From Schizochytrium sp. TIO01 (taxonomy: Eukaryota; Protista; Bigyra: Labyrinthulomycetes): a stretch of 64,000 nt of DNA. The notes under the pieces were generated by a model. That model was not told where the DNA came from, searched no databases, and saw only the letters and a list, made by a program, of their open reading frames with translations. A program made the position numbers and the translations under genes. Shown one piece after another: positions 1 to 12,500 of the stretch (positions are counted from its first letter, which is position 1; each line of letters opens with the position of its first letter). Where the stretch lies: NCBI GenBank assembly GCA_004764695.1, contig SMSO01000033.1, positions 2,418,001 to 2,482,000 on the forward strand. Reading direction: 5' to 3'.

Positions 1-274
1 CTAGTGACGGATTAGCCTCCAAACGAATGTTTGCATGCAATTGCGTAGATACACCCAAATAAATATCTGGATCTCTGGTCGGCGAGGCCTCTACAATGTT
101 AACACCAAGTTCGCCGAGAAATTAAAATCCCGATTTCACGCGCAGACCCTTGGACGCTCGTACATAGTAGTAGCGCCACTTGGACACCAAGGATCATCGT
201 ATCGCGTTGTTCTGCGAAATATCAGTAAGTAAACTTCTGAGTTGGATTGGCAAAACGATTGATCCGTGCAGAAT

Positions 275-790
275 TCACTTTCTGATTGTGAGCTTGAAGC
301 CGAGCGGATTACTCCGTGTGGTCCGGGTTCCTCTGAGCCCACGGATTGTGACCTTTTGTGTCGAGCCCCTCATTGAAGATGATGATGAGACACCAAGTTT
401 ACTCAGGTCGTCTAGCAAAGATGAGGTGCTCTGGGCTACAGGAATAATCACCTTTGCAGACCTTGCAGTTTCGGAGTGAACAGGTCTCAAGCTTCCTGCA
501 ACACGTGCTTTCCGAGCAGACTGGCGGAATTTGCGAAAGTTAGCACTACGCTCTGCGCGCGTTTTTCTAGATCTCTCCCGTTTTCCATTCGATTGGGTTG
601 TGGCCTTCTCTCCTGAAGAAGATGAAGATGAAGCGGGGTTCGTGACGGTTGTTGACATTGTCTTGTCGACGCTGGACTTTGCGTCTTCGTGGGTTTTGGC
701 GGCAGTCAAGTTGGCTTGAGTATTCTGGTCTTGCTGCAATGGCCTCAAATGAGCTTGTTGGTCCTGCAGTGATGCCTCATCCACCTCCAT
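275..790 (-). CDS. Hypothetical low-complexity, basic Ser/Thr/Lys/Arg-rich protein (171 aa)
   Basis: ATG-initiated 171-codon ORF with coding-like composition, divergent from eIF2B gamma; no recognisable domain. Confidence 0.5.
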   Translation of the reverse strand: MEVDEASLQDQQAHLRPLQQDQNTQANLTAAKTHEDAKSSVDKTMSTTVTNPASSSSSSGEKATTQSNGKRERSRKTRAERSANFRKFRQSARKARVAGSLRPVHSETARSAKVIIPVAQSTSSLLDDLSKLGVSSSSSMRGSTQKVTIRGLRGTRTTRSNPLGFKLTIRK

Positions 791-1906
791 GATCGCTCAA
801 GGTTGCGCTTCCTTCGATTCTTGTTTGGTGTTTACTCGCTTGGTGCCTCTAGTACTACTACTATGACATAGTTCCTATCAACAACTAGGTAGTTGCTCGT
901 TATAATTAGGGAGCGACAATTCTGAATAATCAGATAAACACAGAGTAGAAACGAAGTTGTGAAGACTGGGACTTACTCAAAATCATCTTAAGGATGACAT
1001 TTCATAAATGCATGTTTATCAAGCGTCTGGTGGTTTGATACGAAAGAAAAGCCACAGAATCTGCAGGCAACAATCTTATGGGTGAGAATAGCGTATCGCA
1101 TTTAGGAGTATACTGCAATACCACCTGAAGTGAATGTGTGCGTGGGGTGATTTGTATATAACATTTAAAAAAGCAATGTCTCTTTAAACGTAGGTACACT
1201 CGTGGAGGATCGGTAATTTGCTCAAATGCTTTGCAATCTCACCGTTCCTCAATTCGCAAATTTCAAGAATTCTTTTCACAAATCCCTTCTCTTAAAACCA
1301 TAAAATCTCGTCAATGCCTAGACCCTAATTCCCGATTTATCACTCGTCTGCTAGTGCCTACCACGACTCCAGCTCGTTTCGCTTTCATTCCCAATCTCCT
1401 CTTCTGGCCACATCTCATCTCATCTCATCGTCGTCAATGTGTTCTGATTCACTTGTGTGTCCTATAACCCACTTTCCAACCTTTTCCTCTTTTCCAACAA
1501 GTGAGTTATTCTGCACTCTATAAGTGAGTTAAAACTCTCCCAAGTCAACTATTCCCCGCTCTGCTGATCGTGTGGGTGGCGCTGCCCCTACTAGCACCTT
1601 CTTAGGCTAAACCGTAACCCGGCCCGTCAACCCATCGCACTTACAAACCAATAGGGACCTAGCAATCAACCTCCACAGACAGACACCCTTCAGCTTCTGC
1701 TGCGCGCAACCTCGTTTCGTGCCGCAGCGACTAGGTCCAGTCGCTGTAGAATTCATTTGATTCTTCTCGCACACCACTCGCACGCCAGCGTCTGCCTCGG
1801 CTTGAAACTGTCGCTACTTACCCCGTCTTCAGTTTGTCTGTAGCCATCGGGTCAAGCAAGCAAGACAAAAGATCAGGTCAGACTAGATCGGAGCAGATAA
1901 GATAAG

Positions 1907-3346
1907 ATGTCTACACAGGCTGCCGCAAGCGTGAAGGCAGGCACCAAGGCTGGGGCTGCCTTTGGAGGTTCAGAGTTTCAGGCCGTGGTGCTCGCTGGAG
2001 GACCAGGATCTGGACTGTACCCGCTGACGCAAGCGAGCCCGAAGGTGCTCTTGCCGCTGGCGAACCAGCCGATGTTGTACTATCAATTGATGGCGCTCGA
2101 AAAGGCCGGATTCGCCGAAGTAATCGTTGCAGTAACCAAAGATCAGGAGGAGGATATCGGCGCGTACTTGTCGCAATTTTATCCTGGTCAAATTCGCGTT
2201 GATCTCGTTGGGTTGAGCGAGCCAGACGGAGAGGCACCCGAGGCTGAGGCTGGAACCGCTGAGGTGCTGCGCAAGTTACGTGAGAAGATCACGAAGGACA
2301 TCTTCGTCGTTTCGGGTGATGTCGTAACCATGGCTAGCCTGCAGGATATGGCCGACGTCCACAGGACTAGTGATGCCGCAGTGACGATGCTGCTGAAGCA
2401 ACATCCCGATGCTCAGTTGAAAGAGGAGAGGTCCAAGCTTCGCAAGATGACAAAGCAAGTGATCAACTACTTTGGTGTGGTACCAGGAACCACGGTGGGA
2501 ACTAAGGGGCAAACCAGCGGGCGAGTAGTGCTCATGAAATCTGCAGCGCAAGAAGACCCGGTGAGCGTGTCGAAACAACTTCTGAGGCGGGAGCCGAGGG
2601 TACGTCTGCACTCAGATCTCTTCGATGCACATGTCTACATCATGCGAAGGTGGGTAGTAGAGCTCCTCTGCAGCGAGAGCGATGACCTAGCAAGCCGCCG
2701 TGCCAGGTCCATGGCGACTATTCGGACAGACTTTTTGCCTTTCGTGGTGAACCAGCTTCAGCCGAATGCAGCTAACCCTGAGGTTTGCAAGCTTATGAAC
2801 CGTTTGGTGCCCAGCTGCAACAGCGATGATATGGATGAGGATGACGTCATGGATGATGAACTTACTCTTGGACAAAGTGCCTCGCAACGCAGCGCGCAGA
2901 AGATTACATGTCAAGCACTTATCCTTCCTTCGAACAGCCTCACATATCGTGCCAATACGCTCTACTCATACGCTGCCACTAACCACGCTCTCGCAAACTT
3001 GCCTCGTGGTGCACCTACACCCTGGCCTCGTCCAAGAGCTGCCAAATACAAGGAAACTATTGTGGGCGAATCAACTGAGATTGCTGACACAGCCAGCATT
3101 AGGAATTGTGTTATTGGCTCTCATTGTAAGATTGGCCCTGACGTTGAGATCTCGAACACAATCATCATGGATCATTGCACCATCGAAGCCAACGCATCTA
3201 TTCAGCACTCAATCCTTGGAGAACAAAGTTTTGTCCCTGAGGGATGCTCCCTTACCGACATTCAGCTTGAGCACGGATGCTCCATTTCCCCCCCTGGTCT
3301 CGTTCTCAAGTCTCAGGCATACCTGAAGACCGATTTCTCTAGCTAA
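1907..3346 (+). CDS. EIF2B3: Translation initiation factor eIF2B subunit gamma
   Basis: N-terminal nucleotidyltransferase-like motif EFQAVVLAGG..LYPLT...PKVLLPLANQPML, internal LFDAHVYI, C-terminal hexapeptide beta-helix (IRNCVIGSHCKIG..ISNTIIMDHCTI); no W2/HEAT domain, so gamma rather than epsilon. Confidence 0.9.
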   Translation: MSTQAAASVKAGTKAGAAFGGSEFQAVVLAGGPGSGLYPLTQASPKVLLPLANQPMLYYQLMALEKAGFAEVIVAVTKDQEEDIGAYLSQFYPGQIRVDLVGLSEPDGEAPEAEAGTAEVLRKLREKITKDIFVVSGDVVTMASLQDMADVHRTSDAAVTMLLKQHPDAQLKEERSKLRKMTKQVINYFGVVPGTTVGTKGQTSGRVVLMKSAAQEDPVSVSKQLLRREPRVRLHSDLFDAHVYIMRRWVVELLCSESDDLASRRARSMATIRTDFLPFVVNQLQPNAANPEVCKLMNRLVPSCNSDDMDEDDVMDDELTLGQSASQRSAQKITCQALILPSNSLTYRANTLYSYAATNHALANLPRGAPTPWPRPRAAKYKETIVGESTEIADTASIRNCVIGSHCKIGPDVEISNTIIMDHCTIEANASIQHSILGEQSFVPEGCSLTDIQLEHGCSISPPGLVLKSQAYLKTDFSS

Positions 3347-3872
3347 TTCCCCTTTTACTCTATCGGGTAGAAAGAAGCCTTTTAGTATTGAACGGATTTG
3401 TGTTATGGCACCTTTGATTTTGCAGTTTTTGGTGTCTTACTGTCTGCTCGTCTGTCCCGCTTGCCTCTCTGCTTTGCATGTCTGCTCGTGCGCTTGTCGG
3501 TAGGCCTGTTTGCTTACATGCCTGCCCACCTGCTGGTCTGCAATCAATCTTTTGTCAAAAATGCAATCTTGATTTTACAGAAACATTTTTCTTATTATAA
3601 ATTGCCCTGTGCTACCTTACCTGTGAACTTTGCTCTCTCTGGTAGAATTTCTATCTGCTCTTGCATTAAAATGAGACAGAGTTGACCAGGTTACGCGAAA
3701 TGGAATGGGCCCCATCAACATCAAAATCAGCAGAAACATTTTTTTTTTCTTTTGCAGTTTCGTTTTCCTTTTTCTCTTTTCTGAATGTGTAGAACCTTCT
3801 GTTATGTCTTCTATCAAGTATTACAAACCGTTCAGATAAACATGATTGATTTATAAGAGCTAATTTGTTTAA

Positions 3873-5195
3873 CTACTCACAAATTTTTACCTCGTAGTAT
3901 TTCTTAGAACGCTCCAGAAATCGAGTTCGTAAGTTTTCGAGAAACTCCTTTTTCCCCTCCAAGCTCACTGTTGGCATGAAAGCTGCCTTCACAGCACCAT
4001 AACCAAAAATAACAGATATATGAAACCAGAAATGGAAATCAGTTTCAAGTGCATCCACAGAGTTGGCAAATAGAGCATTCTCGAGTCTTCGTAAAGTTCT
4101 TCGTTCCAATTGGTACAAATCCTCACTCCAATCACGAAATGGTGGAGTCTTCACTGGCATATCAATAAGCTTGCTTTTCGTTTTCACAGGACCTACATCC
4201 AAAGTACTGTGAGACCAAAATGGATACCTACCTAGAGGTCCCTCTGGGCAATCTCGTAAATAAGCTAAGGTGAAATCCTTCAGAGCAAATGCATGGCATT
4301 GATCGATAGCAAGTGCTATGAATAAGACGAACGCAGGGTTCTCGAGAAAATTCAATTGAATTGAAGCACATCGGCGTAACAAGGTCTCCTGATCACTCTG
4401 CGAACGAATGCTACTGCCATCGAAAATGCACCCTACAACGTGAAAGCCTAATGCTTTAGCAACCCTTGATCCACGCTCAAAATCATCATCTTCTAAGATA
4501 TAGTATACGTCAGCTCCAAGTGGATCGTTTAAACTTGACGGAAGGGCTTGTCTTACTTGACGTCCAATCATAAGGCCAAGGCGGCCCATGCCGTCTTTGC
4601 CTGTCTGCAAACTTCCCAGTGTAGGCGCCCAAAAGGTATGGAATGCATCACGATCGATGGATGACAGTCCCGCATGAATAAACCCCTGTGTTGCGCCCCA
4701 ATCGACTCCTGTCTTCTTGAAGTCCCGGCTCAAGATATTTCCACGACGTGCTAGCCTTTCCTGTTCAGAAATACTACCTTGGTGTGGTGGCTGACGCACT
4801 AGTGTTTGCTCAGCGCGCCAGAATATTTCTGCTGAAACACGTGAGCTTTTACATGGCACGGACGGCTGGTTATGGTCTCCATTTACTAACGACGAACCAC
4901 CAAACAAGTATATTTGTACGCCGTTGACAATATCATCTCGTGTTTCCACGGGTGTTGCTCCCTCTGCGTCTAGATACAGGTCTTGGTCCCTGGGCGAGAT
5001 ACCTGTCCGTGCAAAGACCACCTCTTCAAGTACACGGAGGCTAGGGCGTCGCAATTCTATCCTTTGAACCCCCCGAGCCCAATGAAGACGAACGATCGTT
5101 GTAGATTTCTTGCGGTGATAATTTTCATCGTGCACCCGTCGTGTGGCAACTTTGCTACCGCCATCGCTGCTGCCAATTTTACTCACACGTGGCAT
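3873..5195 (-). CDS. Divergent NPL4-like protein (ubiquitin-like N-terminus plus MPN-like domain)
   Basis: IVRLHWARGVQRIEL...TGISPRDQDLYLD (UBL-like), GRLGLMIGR, VAKALGFHVVGCIF (cf. NPL4 A..LGL..VGWIF) and DFHFWFHI (cf. DFHLLL). Confidence 0.6.
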   Translation of the reverse strand: MPRVSKIGSSDGGSKVATRRVHDENYHRKKSTTIVRLHWARGVQRIELRRPSLRVLEEVVFARTGISPRDQDLYLDAEGATPVETRDDIVNGVQIYLFGGSSLVNGDHNQPSVPCKSSRVSAEIFWRAEQTLVRQPPHQGSISEQERLARRGNILSRDFKKTGVDWGATQGFIHAGLSSIDRDAFHTFWAPTLGSLQTGKDGMGRLGLMIGRQVRQALPSSLNDPLGADVYYILEDDDFERGSRVAKALGFHVVGCIFDGSSIRSQSDQETLLRRCASIQLNFLENPAFVLFIALAIDQCHAFALKDFTLAYLRDCPEGPLGRYPFWSHSTLDVGPVKTKSKLIDMPVKTPPFRDWSEDLYQLERRTLRRLENALFANSVDALETDFHFWFHISVIFGYGAVKAAFMPTVSLEGKKEFLENLRTRFLERSKKYYEVKICE

Positions 5196-6418
5196 GACCT
5201 GTCTTTCTCTTTGATTCAGGCACCTCAGCTGGTATACATTACCTCGTCATTCCCGGCTGAAGCATAGCACGTTTAGGCCACATCACAGCATTTTATTGTG
5301 GACAGTTTGTCTTCTTTTGTGTATGCGTGTGCTCCTTTACCTTTTCTTTGTCATTATATGATCTCCTACATTTGTGTCTATTTCCTTCGCGCTGCCCACC
5401 TCCGCGCTGCTATTCTTGTTGTTGTGTCGTGAGAACATCAACAGAACGGTCTCAAAGTACTAAGAACAGTTTAACGAACGACCATTACAGATGAGACAGC
5501 AAAATAGCTGGGTTTTGTCTCACCCTGTATAAACTTCCATCGTGGTAACACAAATCTCTACTCGCGAGCTTGACAACGCAATGCACGGTGCTAGCTCCAT
5601 ACTGCAGGTTCAATAACAGCGCCAAATGTCCACCTCGTGTCGGAGCTCCATAGCATCGCCAAACAAACAACCCCCCTCACTCGACGAGGGTCAAAGTCAT
5701 GTCAGAGAAGCCATCCGTTGATTGGAGCTCCTGGGCTCAGGGAGTCCGGTCAGCCTGTGGCTGGCTTGATCTGGCTTGCAATTCAACGAGAGTATGTATG
5801 GTGATGATAATATTCCATTTTGTAATTTTCTTACCATCTCACTTATTCGACATACTGCCATTTCTCTTACTTCAGCAACAACCGTCTCATCAAGGAGGCA
5901 CCCACCAGCTAGGGGAAGCCATGCCATCTCACGCTTGTAGTAGGTACATGCTCTTAAATGATGGATACTCCTGGTGAATATGCTACTCCAAGAAAAGACC
6001 CCGACTAACAGTGACCAACTTTTCGTACTAGTACACTCCTGTCTCACCGGACAAATGCGGAAAACTCCATATTACCAGTAATATATGGAGTCGTGTGCGC
6101 ACACGGACCAGAGGTATTTTTTAAGTGATGTTTCCAGATATGCATATCTCGTCTTCGTAGATACGGGAAAGGGTAGCACTAATCGTATGTACCATGGCAT
6201 GGCTTGGCTTGAAAATGTGTTTTTAGGCTTTCTTCATGGTACCTTGGCACTAGGTGTTAGATAGCGATATTGAGTGTAAGAAAAAGGCTACCTAGTGTGG
6301 CTCTTTGGGCAACTTAGATAGGGTACTTACAAACATACGACATACAGAATTGAGTCCGTCTCCATGGATGCATGGTTCAACTTGCGGCAGCATAACTTGA
6401 GCTTGTCTGGTTTAGGTT

Positions 6419-7768
6419 ATGGAGACCTCTGCCTTGAGCGGGTCGCTGGACCAGGAGGCGCTACGTATCACAGGAGTAGTCCTGTGCGCCGTGTACGCCT
6501 TTGACGTGGCTGTGGCTATTTTCGTAGCTCGGAGGCTGTGCCAGAACGCGGTGCAAGGGAGAGCAGAGTTTCAAAGGGGGAGCGCCATAGACAGAGAGGT
6601 TGGGCAAGGCTCGCCAAAGAGAAATAGCAGTCTCAAGTATGAAGAGAAGGATATACAAGAGCTGCAACAGAAGCTCGAGGCGGGGGAGCTGACTAGGAGT
6701 CAACCAAAGCAGCAGCAACAGAACCCAAAACACTTTGAGACCAAGAAAAAAGGTGCGCATCATCATTCTTCGTCTCTTCCAGCAAAGGTGACTACTTTGT
6801 GCCTGGTGTCCTCGATTGCTCAAATTTGCCAATGGAGCATTGGGTCAGGATTTAAGCAAGGCCTGGACGCAACTCAAAAGTACATCTTGTTTATTATAAT
6901 CATCACCTATACCTTGACTATGGGGACTGCGTTCCATACGGTCTCTTTCTTCTTAGTTGCCCTTCGAAGAATTATATCGGTGCAAACACGTAAAAAAGTA
7001 GCCAAGGAAAAGGCTATTTTACATCGTTTGATTTACTTTCCGGGTTACTTAATTTCGCTCATTTTAGGCGTTTTAGTCCTTGCGAATGTGGTATGTTCAT
7101 TGAGCCTTGCAATGCGCATTCTCAATTGTGTCCATGCTTTACAATGTTTATCGGTTGTCGTGGCCACCAAAAGTGTCTTCTCCAAGGCCATAAAAACTAT
7201 CTCCACAGCCGTAGCGATGCACTCTGGCAGTGCTGGTGGACTAAACCCTGCAAAGTACGCTCAACTTAAACTGCTTCGGAAGAAACTTTTGGTTGCTGGC
7301 ATCTTTCTCATGGTGTCTACAGGGGGGGTTGCATGTATTGAAATTTCGATGTCAGTGACCCCTCTGTTTAATGAGAAACCACATGCAATGCTATGGCTGC
7401 TCTTTATTGTTGGCAGTGCCATAAGTGTCTGGAATATGTTATGTTATGCTATGTTCTGGCCAAGCTCCTCCAAAAAAAAGCGATGGCAAAACCACTCACC
7501 TTCTACAGATGGAGTTTCTGTGGTCGGTTCTGGTGTACCAAAGGTGGATGCGTATGCTATCATCGGGCGACAATTCAATCCCTTTCGAAAATCTTCAGTC
7601 GTCAGTCTGAGTCAAACCGATACGTACTACCTTCCAGGACGCAACTCGATTGGCTCTGTTCTAAGTGTTGAAGGGACAATAGATATTCCTGAGCCAATTG
7701 TTAAAACCAACAGCAAAACAAAAAGTAGCGTCAGTGCTTCAAGTACCCAAGCATTAAATATACCATAA
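6419..7768 (+). CDS. Orphan seven-transmembrane (GPCR-like) protein
   Basis: Seven hydrophobic segments, a long charged loop after TM1, a basic loop between TM5 and TM6 and a Ser-rich C-terminal tail. Confidence 0.65.
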   Translation: METSALSGSLDQEALRITGVVLCAVYAFDVAVAIFVARRLCQNAVQGRAEFQRGSAIDREVGQGSPKRNSSLKYEEKDIQELQQKLEAGELTRSQPKQQQQNPKHFETKKKGAHHHSSSLPAKVTTLCLVSSIAQICQWSIGSGFKQGLDATQKYILFIIIITYTLTMGTAFHTVSFFLVALRRIISVQTRKKVAKEKAILHRLIYFPGYLISLILGVLVLANVVCSLSLAMRILNCVHALQCLSVVVATKSVFSKAIKTISTAVAMHSGSAGGLNPAKYAQLKLLRKKLLVAGIFLMVSTGGVACIEISMSVTPLFNEKPHAMLWLLFIVGSAISVWNMLCYAMFWPSSSKKKRWQNHSPSTDGVSVVGSGVPKVDAYAIIGRQFNPFRKSSVVSLSQTDTYYLPGRNSIGSVLSVEGTIDIPEPIVKTNSKTKSSVSASSTQALNIP

Positions 7769-8983
7769 TAATCACCACATCGTGCAGATCAATGGTTTCG
7801 ATATCGAAGCTGCTATATCAAAACTACTTCTATATATTCCATCTAATAAACTCTCTGTGACATTTATGTAACATCCTATGGGTTTGGTTCCTCGCTGCTA
7901 CGTCAAAGAGCCCCAAGTTTTTACTATACATACACACTCACAGGTACCCCTCATCGGAACCCGGGGTTCTTGATAATTCCCCGAACCGAAACCTTCAAAT
8001 TATACGACGAAGTCTTTGTGCTGATTGCACTTTTACTTGCACGCGTTAAGAAAAGGCATAATTTAATTTCGAATGCCATTCTTTCGTGCATCATACCTTC
8101 TTGAGCTTTCCTGTGCCACCCACAAGTTAGATTTGATGAACTAAAGAAAAGAAAAGAATAATGAGTCAAACCTACTGTTTCGATGAGCTGTAAAGCCGTC
8201 CGGGATATTTGTCTTCTGGCGCAACAACTCCTGAGGCCAATCCAATGCAAGTAGGTCTGCGCCTACCGTTCCCATAATCCTTCAAACTGCATCAAATGCG
8301 ATAGACACGAGCTCAAAAAGAGAGTTACGCCTGTCGATTTATGGTTATTATTTTATAACAAAATAATAAGCTTTAAAGAAATTAAATTAAATTTTCCTCA
8401 TTCTGTGACGATGATCGTGAATGGCAGATAAGGCATCGCATCACCTTGAGCATTAGGCGCAGTTACCGAAGCCGGTACCTTGGCATCTAGCCTCGCTAAT
8501 ATACTCATCTCTCAACGATGGAACTAGCATGGCCTTCACTCGACACTATCCTCCAGGCTCGAATGGGCGAAGAGAGATACATCACGAACTGCCAAAAAGA
8601 TCGAGGCGTTGACAAATCTATTGCATGTACCCCTGTTATCGAGTCTTTTATCTGTGCACGTCATGCATGCAATCATGAATCATTGACTCAAAGTCGAAGC
8701 CTGATGCTACAAGACCAGGCGAATAGAACGAAGAACAAAAAATGAGGCACTCCATCTTCGCCCTTACATCTTCTGATATCCATTACTTTCCTTAAGTTTC
8801 ATTGAAGTTCGCTGAGTTGCTTCTACTTTCAGATGCCAGAATAGATCGGCTCCGCTTTGGGTCGTAAAGGGTGCACAAGTTTGGGACTATGATGAGGTTG
8901 GGATGAGAATGCTTCAGCTTAGCCGGAGGAGAGAACCCCGACTCGGAAGAAGGGTTTGAAGCCCGAAGTTCAACAGAATATAA

Positions 8984-8984
8984 A

Positions 8985-9032
<48 letters not shown>

Positions 9033-9033
9033 A
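8984..9033. repeat. (AAAG)n microsatellite
   Basis: About 12 direct AAAG units. Confidence 0.95.
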
Positions 9034-9594
9034 CTTGAAAAAAAAATAAAAATTAGCATTGACGAAGTACCTACCACTTCGTAGTAGTGCCGTATAGGGC
9101 CTCCTAAGTGCTTAGTTACATGACCTCGAAATTGAGCAAAGTATATCGAAAAGGGAGGTAGCTGTAGCTCTCTACTTTGGGATGCAACTGAGTGAATGCT
9201 CCACAATACAGAGGAACGGCTGTAGACGATAATCTTGGTCGTATGTGTATTAGTGCTGTGACAAGAAATGAAGCATTATCAAGGCTTCTTCATAATTGTA
9301 AATAGGCCTGTAGTACTTTATTTTAAGCATTCTTTTCCAAACTTTTTTTTCTTTTCCTATTACTAATTCTGTCATTTGTAATCACTCAAAGAATGCACGA
9401 GTGGCGCAGACCCGAATCAAGGAACGCAATTCTGTTGCACGGGCCGAAGGGCGCCACGGAGCTCGAGATTTGCTCGAGGCAATTCCTGTAGGGCCGCCCT
9501 TGCTCTTTCGAACCTAATATCGAGTATTGACGGCCCTGGCGCGCCTGGAACGGGCCTCATCGAGAATCCCTTCATCGGCTTTTGACGGAGTATC

Positions 9595-12500
9595 ATGGTG
9601 CAACTCACCATCGACGCTGGAGGCCACTGGGTCGTGGCGCAGGACGGAGATCACGTGTACCGTGCTCGAACAGAGTACGCCAAAAGTAGTCGCGCGAAAT
9701 GCAGATTCTGCTCCGAAGCGATCATGAAAGACACTCTACGTGTAGGAAAAGCTGTGAAATGGGCAGACTGGATCACGTCTTGGCGGCATCCGAAATGCTT
9801 TTATGTGGAGGATGGCGATGGACCTATTTCTGATGAAGAAACCTTTGGTATGGAGATCCTTCAAGAAGAGGATAAAGAGGCTGCACGCGTAGCTCTGTCG
9901 AGGCTTAAACCTCCTGTCGTGGATGAATCGTTGAACCCGGAGAACCCAGATTTTGTAAAGCATACAGTCAAAGCCAAGGCGGAAACTCCAGCACGAATGA
10001 CTACGAAACTATTGCCATTCCAGCAAGAAGGCTTACGATGGCTTTTGGATCAGGAGATGTCTGAAATTGGCGGAGGACTTCTCTGCGATGAAATGGGCAT
10101 GGGAAAGACCATTCAGACCCTCTCGCTGATTGTAGCGTCCAAATATGGAGAAGCAGCACCTATGGAGGACGAGTCAAAACGCGTTAAAAAGGGCCCCACC
10201 CTCGTTGTAACACCGAGCAGCGCAATGCTGCAATGGAAGGACGAGGTTGAGAATGTAACACAAGATAATACTTTGAGCGTGCTCGTATACTACGGTAGCA
10301 ATCGTGGAGCCTTGACGCCCGAAGATCTCCGCAAGCACGACATTGTGCTCACGTCTTATCCAATTTTAGAGTATGAGTACCGTCGGTGCGTGGATCGATG
10401 CAAGGTGGAGTGTAAGTATTGTCACAAACGGTTCTTGCCACGTAAACTTATTGTGCATAACCAGTACTTTTGCGGTCCTAATTCCAAGCGCTCCGCGAAA
10501 CTCGCTCTTCGCGACAAGAAAGAGACCGCAGCCAAGAAACAACGCGCGATGGACAAAGCTATGGCAACTCTCGACATTATTAATAACGGTGCAAACGAAG
10601 ACGCTAGCTCTGGTAAGGGCAACGCAGCCAACGGCAAGGGTAAAGGCCGTGGGAAAGCTGCTCGTAAACATTCCTTGCCAACCATGACGAACATCTACCG
10701 TGATCTTATGGAAGAAGCAAATCGTGAACCGACAGGATTTTACTCTTCAAAGGAAGAAGCACAGCGTCAGGCAGCAGCAAGTATGCGCAAAAGGGAGATA
10801 AAGAAAGAAACAAATCCTGCAAGTGATAATAACAGTAAGAGTGATGCTCGATCTACAGAGGAAGCTGGTTCAGATGACTTTGAAGAGGAAACTAATGTTC
10901 GTGAGCGCCGCAACTTGTGGGCTACAGACGATGGTAGTTTCTTCTTCTATAAACATAAAGGGAAAACATGGGGCTGCAACGCAGGAATCACTTTGACAGG
11001 CCTTCGAACATCCCCAGTCGTTCTTCAGTCAACTAATACCAACGGAGTGGATTCTTTTCAGGTCAAATTCTTGAATGGTGCTGGCGCGGCTCAGCTCAGT
11101 ATTGATAATGGCGAGACATGGTCTAACTGGGTAAACGGACGCTGGATTACCCCCAAGAAGGGTCGCCTAAATGTGGATGAGAGGAAAGAGGGCTGGCAAT
11201 CATCAGGACCGAAAATGGGCGCGCTTCTGGCTCGCACGTTCGATAAAAAAACGATCTTAGCTGCAATCGTTGCACATGCTCCAGCAGAAGATACGGCTGA
11301 TGATGAAGAAAGCCCTGCCTTGTGGCGCATCGAACATACGGATGGTGATGAAGAGGACCTCGAAGTTATAGAAGTGAAGGAAGCTGAACAACTTTTCTCC
11401 CAAGCATTTGCTCCGTCAACAGTTGTTTCTACGACATTAGCGAAGCCACTCATTAGCGCTCTTGAAGCTTTGTCACAAGATACCGCCCCGTTAGCAAAAT
11501 CTAAAGGAAGGCGTGCATCTGCAGCTGCTGCAAACAAGAAAATGAAAGCGAAGAAAGCCGCAACGGCGAAGAAAGCGAAGAAAGGAGATGAGGACGACGA
11601 AGATGCCGATGGTGGCTCGGATTCAGATTTCGAGCCTAAAAGCAGTAGTGATGATAACGGCGATGATGATGAAGGCGATGAAGATAATGAGGACAATGCA
11701 GACGGTAGTGAAGATGTTGATGAAGATAGTGATGAGAAGCCAAAAATTCTGGATCTGAAACCGTGTTTCCGTCCTGTGGAATGGGGGCCCGGCAGCAAAG
11801 ATGCAAAGTTTCTCGCCTTATTTAAGACTCACTTTAGCACGAAAACTGGCAAGAGCAAGAAAGTCAAGGCGAAAAAGCGTAAGCGCAAGGCCAATGCGCG
11901 TTCTGCGACCCCCTCCAAGTCCAGTAAAGGGGCTAAAGGGGCATCCGCAAAATCAGTCCCAGGGCCAAAAGCAAAGGGCAAGATTCTTGACGAATCTTCA
12001 GAAGAATCTGACTTTGAGAGTTCCGATAGTTCCGATGAGGAAGATGAAATAGATGCTGGTCTTGGTGTGGACTTACAAGAAGCAAAAGATCGCTGCGAAG
12101 GTGACCTCTTCTGGTTTGCACCACCTGGCGACATTGTGGATGACGATGGCATTGACATGGGCAGCTCTATTCTTCATTGCATTGGCTGGAACCGGATTGT
12201 GCTCGATGAAGCGCACAAAATCAAAGATCGAGTTAATTCTACGGCCAAGGCTGTGTTGGCACTTCGTGGCACACCTGTAGTAGACCTTGATAAACGCTGG
12301 CCAGATGGCGGGCCCTGCCACCGCTGGTGTCTCTCTGGTACGCCTCTCCAAAACCGTGTTGGTGATTTATACAGTTTAGTTCGCTTTCTCCGTGTCGACC
12401 CTTATGCTTTTTATCTGTGCAAGGTTGCAGGTTGCGAATGCCGATCTTTGCATTGGGCTATGGGACGAGGTGGGCGCGTTTGTGATGGCTGTGGACACCC

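Noticed and set aside
5480-6050. Short overlapping ORFs between the NPL4-like and 7TM genes
   Set aside because: No recognisable motifs in any frame; cannot support a gene or element call.
11091-12158. Long antisense ORFs within RAD16 (and similar ones inside other genes)
   Set aside because: Shadow frames of low-complexity coding sequence on the opposite strand.
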